Made by a program: the position numbers and the translations under genes. A DNA stretch of 64,000 nt from a virus: IMG/VR virus record IMGVR_UViG_3300031963_012969; one strand, 5' to 3'. The notes below the pieces were generated by a model. It did not search any database. It worked only from the letters and a program-made list of their open reading frames with translations, and was not told the origin of the DNA. Shown here in pieces: positions 58,997 to 64,000 of the stretch. Every line of letters begins with the position of its first letter. The first letter of the stretch is position 1.

Positions 58997-60361
58997 TTAG
59001 TAAACTCCACCGTCGATGACGAAGTTTTCGAGCGTGGTTGTGCCAGACGCACTGCCTTTTACGGTGACTGCGTTAATCGTGACTTCCGTAGCGTCGTCCG
59101 TAGAGTTCCCAGTAGGAGGCCAAACACTCGGGTCGAAGCTGCCGCCGATGTTGACTTTTGAACCATTCAGAGTAAGATGGGTGAGATTTGGTCCGATCGC
59201 GCTAACTACCCCAAAGCCCCCACTTGCCGACAAGAACATCTCTTCATCTGTGGCATCTCCAACAATGATGCCGCGACCTCCGGGGGTTGCTTTGATAAAT
59301 GTAGCTCCCGTAGTGCCGTTAAGTTTAATATCCCCATTGATTTGTGTTGTTCCTGAAGTCGTGCCAGCAAGATCAATGTTCTGCGTCTTGGTTTCGAGGT
59401 CAGTGATGTCTGTCTCCGCTGTTAAAACGCGGCCAGAGAAAACAGGGTCAATCGAAACGGTGTAACCAACATTTTCGTCACCAGTTACGGCGATTTCGTT
59501 AGCAGTCGGAAGCACTTCGGCATCCACATTGTCGATCTTTTGCCAATCAGTTGTGGTTTTTACAAGGGCGTCTCCAGCTTTTAGCTGGAGCGTAACCATG
59601 GTTGCACCAGATGGGCCAGCACCGCCGCCATACTTAAATTCTCCTGTGCCTGTAATTCTGTAATAATCGCCCGTCGTAACATTTGACAAGTCAGTTTCAA
59701 TCCATGCTCCCGAGGACAAATTCATCTCTCCGACATAGTTGAACACCGATCCGAGAGCGGAAACGGCAGTATCGAGGTCAGTTTTGCGAACGGCATCATT
59801 GGCGCTGACTGGAGCGGACAGATTGGTAACGCGTCCAGCGTTCATGTCGATTAGGCCACTTCCAGACATCGTGATGTCGCCAGTGACATCAAGTTGCGTG
59901 AATTTACCCGTCGAAGGGGTAGTCGCGCCGATAGCTGAACTATCTATATCAGAGGTAGTTATAATTGCACCATTTATGCTGGGGGAGAAAAGATGCGCAA
60001 ATTGAAGTGTGCTACTGACGGCGTTGATTGTGCCAGAAAGGTCGGTTGCGGTCAGCGTGGTGAACGCACCCGTCGAAGGAGTGGTCGCGCCGATGGTGGT
60101 GCCGTCAATCGCCCCGCCAGTAATTGCGACAGCATCAGCGTTTTGCGTGGACATCGTGCCGAGCGAGCCTGTGCCTGCGGAAACTGCGCTATCCACATAG
60201 GTCTTGGTCGCAAAAGTGCCTTCGCCGCCGATTGCAATAGGCGCGTTAGACGAGTTACCCACATAGAAATTGTTATTTGTTAAATCAATCGCCAATTCAC
60301 CCGGTTGGAGAGTTGATGGGGCCGTTGAGCCTCTTTTAATTTTGATGATAGGATTAGCCAT
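58997..60361 (-). CDS. Tail-fibre-like protein with Mtd-N/hyaluronidase-type N-terminal motif
   Basis: IKIKRG...P.TLQPGELAID....FYVG; GTMSTQNA..V.ITGG; IGATTPSTG repeats; C-terminal IDGGVY. Confidence 0.7.
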   Translation of the reverse strand: MANPIIKIKRGSTAPSTLQPGELAIDLTNNNFYVGNSSNAPIAIGGEGTFATKTYVDSAVSAGTGSLGTMSTQNADAVAITGGAIDGTTIGATTPSTGAFTTLTATDLSGTINAVSSTLQFAHLFSPSINGAIITTSDIDSSAIGATTPSTGKFTQLDVTGDITMSGSGLIDMNAGRVTNLSAPVSANDAVRKTDLDTAVSALGSVFNYVGEMNLSSGAWIETDLSNVTTGDYYRITGTGEFKYGGGAGPSGATMVTLQLKAGDALVKTTTDWQKIDNVDAEVLPTANEIAVTGDENVGYTVSIDPVFSGRVLTAETDITDLETKTQNIDLAGTTSGTTQINGDIKLNGTTGATFIKATPGGRGIIVGDATDEEMFLSASGGFGVVSAIGPNLTHLTLNGSKVNIGGSFDPSVWPPTGNSTDDATEVTINAVTVKGSASGTTTLENFVIDGGVY

Positions 60362-60462
60362 ATATTATATTATTATTTTTTTGTATTTCTTTTTAAAAAA
60401 GAAAGTAAATTAATTGTTACTGCATTAATTATCTAATATCTATCTTAAAATATCAATATTTT

Positions 60463-60849
60463 TTAAAATTCTCCACAATCTATTGTTACAGATCCCGAAA
60501 TAGTTCCACCAGTTATATTAACATTTTCTTTGTTTTGAGTAGACATTGAGCCAAAACCAGTCAAAGGAATTTCTGGATGTGTGTGTGGAGGTGGAGGAAG
60601 TTGAATCCATTGCCTAGTGTCCCCGTCGTTATACAAAAAAAATTGCTGTAAATCAGTTTTTCTTATCCATACCTGGTTATCACTCAAATTAGAGACATCA
60701 GGCGAAACATCAGATACTATTACCTTTGATTGAGCCTGTATTAAAGTGCTACTTAATAGTGTCTCTTTTAAGGATCCATCTAATTGCTCCTGCAATACAA
60801 CTATATCATTATTTGCCATTACCAGGTTCCCATTCTTATCCTTCTCCAA
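60463..60849 (-). CDS. Short fibre-associated protein
   Basis: YNDGDTRQWI; GSMSTQN..NVNITGG..IDCGEF shared with the neighbouring gene; true start probably MANND. Confidence 0.55.
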   Translation of the reverse strand: MEKDKNGNLVMANNDIVVLQEQLDGSLKETLLSSTLIQAQSKVIVSDVSPDVSNLSDNQVWIRKTDLQQFFLYNDGDTRQWIQLPPPPHTHPEIPLTGFGSMSTQNKENVNITGGTISGSVTIDCGEF

Positions 60850-61124
60850 CTATTTGTTCCAATACAAATATAAAGGAAGTTATCTTGATAAGCGATTTGA
60901 CCCGTTATACCCGTACTACTTGGTGTTAGCGGAGGTGCACTAAACTTCAAGTATTGAGACATATTTAGGGCATTATACAGTATAGACGTATTGTTATTGT
61001 TAAAGAACAAAGACGTAAAAGAATCATTCGAGTCCAGTGTATATTTTGCTGTACCTGTTTCCTGTGCAAATGCTCCTAGGTTAAAAATAATTATAAAAAT
61101 TAAGTAAATACTATATTTGAGCAT
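60819..61124 (-). CDS. Signal-peptide-bearing protein with a phage fibre-type C-terminal motif
   Basis: MLKYSIYLIFIIIFNLGAFA-Q; P..PSSTG..GQIAY..NFLYICI.TNSWRR. Confidence 0.55.
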   Translation of the reverse strand: MLKYSIYLIFIIIFNLGAFAQETGTAKYTLDSNDSFTSLFFNNNNTSILYNALNMSQYLKFSAPPLTPSSTGITGQIAYQDNFLYICIGTNSWRRIRMGTW

Positions 61125-61169
61125 ATCGTAAAAAAGTTTGCCTTTATTATAACAGGATTAAATTATATT

Positions 61170-61192
61170 TTAGCTAGTAGCTAAAAAAAAGC
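61170..61192. repeat. 23-bp dispersed repeat with palindromic core, copy 2
   Basis: Identical to 13017-13039. Confidence 0.75.
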
Positions 61193-61398
61193 TATTTTTT
61201 ATTTAGAAACTTGTCCAACTGCTTCTTGATTGATGTCTCGCCATTCAAGTTTGGAATTACTTTTTTAAGTATATTATCTATGTCAGACACTTTACTTAAG
61301 TTACCTATTCTTGCATTGACGTCTTTCATCATTTTATCAACTTCATCGGTCTCTGCATTGCTAAGTGAAGTGATGTTTTCTATTTTATTTTTGTTCAT
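61192..61398 (-). CDS. Hypothetical protein
   Basis: 68 aa ORF. Confidence 0.45.
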   Translation of the reverse strand: MNKNKIENITSLSNAETDEVDKMMKDVNARIGNLSKVSDIDNILKKVIPNLNGETSIKKQLDKFLNKK

Positions 61399-61439
61399 AT
61401 TATTATTAAATATAGTAATTTTACCTAGTCAAGAAAACG

Positions 61440-61513
61440 TGTGCCCAGCTGGGATCGAACCAGCAACCTACGCTTTAGAAGAGCGTTGCTCTATCCAATT
61501 GAGCTATGGGCAC
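61440..61513 (-). tRNA. tRNA-Arg (UCU)
   Basis: GTGCCCATAGCTCAATTGGATAGAGC..ACGCT-CTTCTAA-AGCGT..GCTGG-TTCGATC-CCAGC-TGGGCAC; CCA not encoded. Confidence 0.93.
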
Positions 61514-61576
61514 CTATAAAATTAGGCAAACTATGACCGTGAGTGTTAAGCCCACGGCCATAATTTGAGTTAAATA

Positions 61577-62185
61577 CTAAACCTTTGTACTTATTAAATC
61601 CTTAAAGCAAACTCCGCAATAGTCAAGCATTGTAGAACAAATTGCTAGACACATTGAGCATTGCTTAACTATCTCAGCACAGTCAATTTCAATTGAATCG
61701 TTACATATCTGAGAAAGAATGTCTCCGGTTATTACTGTAAGTAATGACGCGGTATCTACCAATTCAAAAAGATATTTTACTTCATCGTGCTCAAAATCAA
61801 GAGATATAGTGGATGGAATATCTCCACATTTAACTAATGACTCTACCTCTAATACCTCAAAGATTTTGTGAATATCATGAACAACTTTGGAGACACCAGA
61901 AATTATGCTCTCTTCTGTCAGGGCTGAATCGTCTATGTGGTGTGCGCACCAGAATTGATTTAGAAGGGACGCAGAATTAGAGCTCAACCCAGCAGCAAGC
62001 TTAACAAGTCCAATGTCTGCCATGGACATATATGCATTAAGCTGTGGTTTGTGTTTTCTGATTCTTGTTATGTATTTTTGAAATAATGGATCAATAAAGC
62101 TGTATTCGTTGTCACATATCTCAATTTCATCAATCTCATCAGTAGAAGCTGTAGATTCTGCAACTTCTTTAGTTTCAGTTTTCAT
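61577..62185 (-). CDS. All-helical hypothetical protein
   Basis: 202 aa ORF coupled to the upstream gene. Confidence 0.55.
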   Translation of the reverse strand: MKTETKEVAESTASTDEIDEIEICDNEYSFIDPLFQKYITRIRKHKPQLNAYMSMADIGLVKLAAGLSSNSASLLNQFWCAHHIDDSALTEESIISGVSKVVHDIHKIFEVLEVESLVKCGDIPSTISLDFEHDEVKYLFELVDTASLLTVITGDILSQICNDSIEIDCAEIVKQCSMCLAICSTMLDYCGVCFKDLISTKV

Positions 62186-62576
62186 CTTTTGTACTATCTT
62201 CAGCTTTCGCTAATTCAAGTGCTCCTTGTTTTAGTTTTTCGTTATTCAGTTCAACATATTGATTTATAGATGTCTCTATAGAAAGAAGCATGTTGTAATT
62301 ATCCTCTGGAGTATAGACTTCAGAATTACCGTTAAGGTCTGAAGTGCTGTATTTTGCTGGCAACGCCTCAGGAATTCCAGGAACCACGCTACTTTCATTA
62401 TGATACCTAGTGTAAATTAATGGGGTCATTACCCCCGTTTCTTTGTCAGTGACTTCAATCTCAAAGACATTAAGAAACACTGTCTTTTGTTGATTGTTTT
62501 TAATGATTACATCATAATTTAGCTCCTGGACTTCAGATTCGTCTTCCGTCTTTTCTGTATTGATTTCTTCGCTCAT
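62175..62576 (-). CDS. Acidic hypothetical protein
   Basis: 133 aa ORF. Confidence 0.55.
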   Translation of the reverse strand: MSEEINTEKTEDESEVQELNYDVIIKNNQQKTVFLNVFEIEVTDKETGVMTPLIYTRYHNESSVVPGIPEALPAKYSTSDLNGNSEVYTPEDNYNMLLSIETSINQYVELNNEKLKQGALELAKAEDSTKDEN

Positions 62577-62584
62577 ATATATTT

Positions 62585-62890
62585 TTATTTAATTGTTTGC
62601 TTTTTTTTAGCTGACACAGCCGATTTCTTTTTTGTGGCTTCTTTCTTTACTTTAGTTATCTTAGAAGATTGCGCACGAATTTCTGAGTTATCTACTTCCT
62701 CGTAGAACTTATTTATCTTTTGTTTTATGGAAAACATGTCTCTTGCAGCAGCGTCATAAACATTTGCTCCAATTACAAAGGCTGACGTTACTGAATTAAG
62801 TTCACGAAGAATATTATTCTCACGAGTGAGTAAAATTAATTGTTTTTTGAGTTCTATTGTTTCTTTGTTGTTGTCTGTGTTTTTATTCAT
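62585..62890 (-). CDS. Hypothetical protein with a Lys-rich tail
   Basis: 101 aa ORF. Confidence 0.55.
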   Translation of the reverse strand: MNKNTDNNKETIELKKQLILLTRENNILRELNSVTSAFVIGANVYDAAARDMFSIKQKINKFYEEVDNSEIRAQSSKITKVKKEATKKKSAVSAKKKQTIK

Positions 62891-62895
62891 TTTTT

Positions 62896-63192
62896 TTATT
62901 TTGTGGTAATTTTATTCAACCAATCATCTGGCACAGTTTTTAAAGCTCTACCTAGGGCAATCTTGTTTCCAAGTTTTCTGTTCCAGTTATCTGCTTTGCT
63001 GCACAATGCTACTCCTCTATGTTCTACCCCTTCTGGGTCTCTAATCTCTATGCATGTTCCAATTTTAGAAAGATCTAAGGCTTTTTCATTAACATCAAAA
63101 GTGTGTGGGATAGTGTATGGGTCAGTATGAATAACCCTTACTTTGAATCCATTTTGCCTCAAGTCTTTAATTGTGATTTTGTCTTTTTGCAT
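62896..63192 (-). CDS. Conserved phage hypothetical protein
   Basis: G.A.CSK.DN.NRKLG..IALGRA motif. Confidence 0.6.
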   Translation of the reverse strand: MQKDKITIKDLRQNGFKVRVIHTDPYTIPHTFDVNEKALDLSKIGTCIEIRDPEGVEHRGVALCSKADNWNRKLGNKIALGRALKTVPDDWLNKITTK

Positions 63193-63193
63193 T

Positions 63194-63529
63194 TTATCTG
63201 TTATCTCCGCTACCGGAAATTGTGTTTCGTTCTGCTCTAGAATTTAGTTTTTCTAGGTTTTTTACGGCAAGTTCGTTCATATCTATTCCTAGGTCAGTTG
63301 CACATGCAGCTAAATACCACAGTACATCTCCTAGTTCTCTTGAGATACTATCCTTATCGTCGACATCTAACTTTCCGTCTTTGTCTCTTAGTATCTTCTT
63401 TACTTTGTTTGCAACCTCTCCAGCTTCCCCAACTAATCCAAGAACGGGATAAATTAATTTGTTCTTATATATAGCGGTTTTTGCTGCATCTTCTTGGTAT
63501 GAGTTAAAGGTATATTGTATGTTGTTCAT
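63194..63529 (-). CDS. mazG: MazG-like nucleotide pyrophosphohydrolase
   Basis: YQ..A..TA.Y, LGLVGEAGEVANKVKK, ELGDVLWY, NLEKL.SR..R..I.GSGDNR. Confidence 0.9.
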   Translation of the reverse strand: MNNIQYTFNSYQEDAAKTAIYKNKLIYPVLGLVGEAGEVANKVKKILRDKDGKLDVDDKDSISRELGDVLWYLAACATDLGIDMNELAVKNLEKLNSRAERNTISGSGDNR

Positions 63530-63620
63530 TTTTTTTTGCGCGTTACATAGGCCGCAATTAGTACTGAAATGGCCAAACTGAAGAAAGTAATGGCTAAAAT
63601 AGATTTAATTAAATATTCCA

Positions 63621-64000
63621 TTAGTCAAGTAATTCAGGGTTTTCATTGGCATTGCCTATAATCTCCATAGAGCTAAAAGGTTTTTGCTTAAATTCAAAAA
63701 TCGTTCCATTTTCAAACGAAAATGAACCATTCTTAAAGGCAACTTTTTTGACTACATTTTCGATATCGTCTGTTCCCTCTCCATAATGATATTTAAGATT
63801 TATAATATCGTTTTCAAAGATAGGTATCCCAGATTTATCATCGAATCCGCTATATTGCTCTATTGTGTATGTCTCGGTCAACAATGGGGACACAAAAATT
63901 TTTGCATCTTCAAAATACATAAGGTTAAGCCCGTCATCCGATAGAAAGACGTTGTTTTTATATGTATTTGTTTCATTGTTCCACGCTCTATATTTTATTT
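63621..64000 (-). CDS. YopX-family protein, 5'-truncated by the window edge
   Basis: Frame stays open to 64000 with IKYRAW; EQYSGFDDKSG..IFENDI; IIGN..ENPELL. Confidence 0.85.
   Translation of the reverse strand, partial: IKYRAWNNETNTYKNNVFLSDDGLNLMYFEDAKIFVSPLLTETYTIEQYSGFDDKSGIPIFENDIINLKYHYGEGTDDIENVVKKVAFKNGSFSFENGTIFEFKQKPFSSMEIIGNANENPELLD

Larger units (their letters stand above)
55215..60300. other. GC-rich compositional island of fibre genes; borders approximate
   Basis: Abrupt visible shift to GC-rich sequence and GC-ending codons relative to the AT-rich flanks. Confidence 0.8.

Noticed and set aside
61211-61519. 102-aa plus-strand ORF
   Set aside because: Antisense to tRNA-Arg (CPAGIEPAT is a typical reverse-tRNA translation) and to a small minus-strand ORF

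Overview
AT-rich, densely coding segment of a large tailed-phage (jumbo-phage-like) genome, with almost all genes on the minus strand. From the left end: the start of a probable major capsid gene, a decoration protein, scaffold-like proteins and a prohead-protease-like gene. Next come many uncharacterised head-associated proteins that share a Lys-x-Ala (KxA) motif, often with glycine-zipper hydrophobic segments. A phage-encoded multisubunit RNA polymerase is present in three dispersed pieces (beta-N; beta-C fused to beta'-N; beta'-C). Further right are a probable portal, a loose lysis-type cluster, and large fibre/adhesin genes (RCC1-LamG-FGE mosaic, collagen-like protein, GC-rich fibre island). 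Two tRNAs and small accessory genes (2OG-Fe(II) oxygenase, metallophosphoesterase, KpsS-like glycosyltransferase, MazG, YopX) are also present. The best candidate for a new system is a putative virion-loading and early-transcription circuit: KxA-tagged cargo, including an RNAP subunit and many membrane-active-looking proteins, plus a non-sigma70 promoter motif heading small terminator-bounded gene cassettes. All calls come from motif recognition by eye; no database searches or computations were run.
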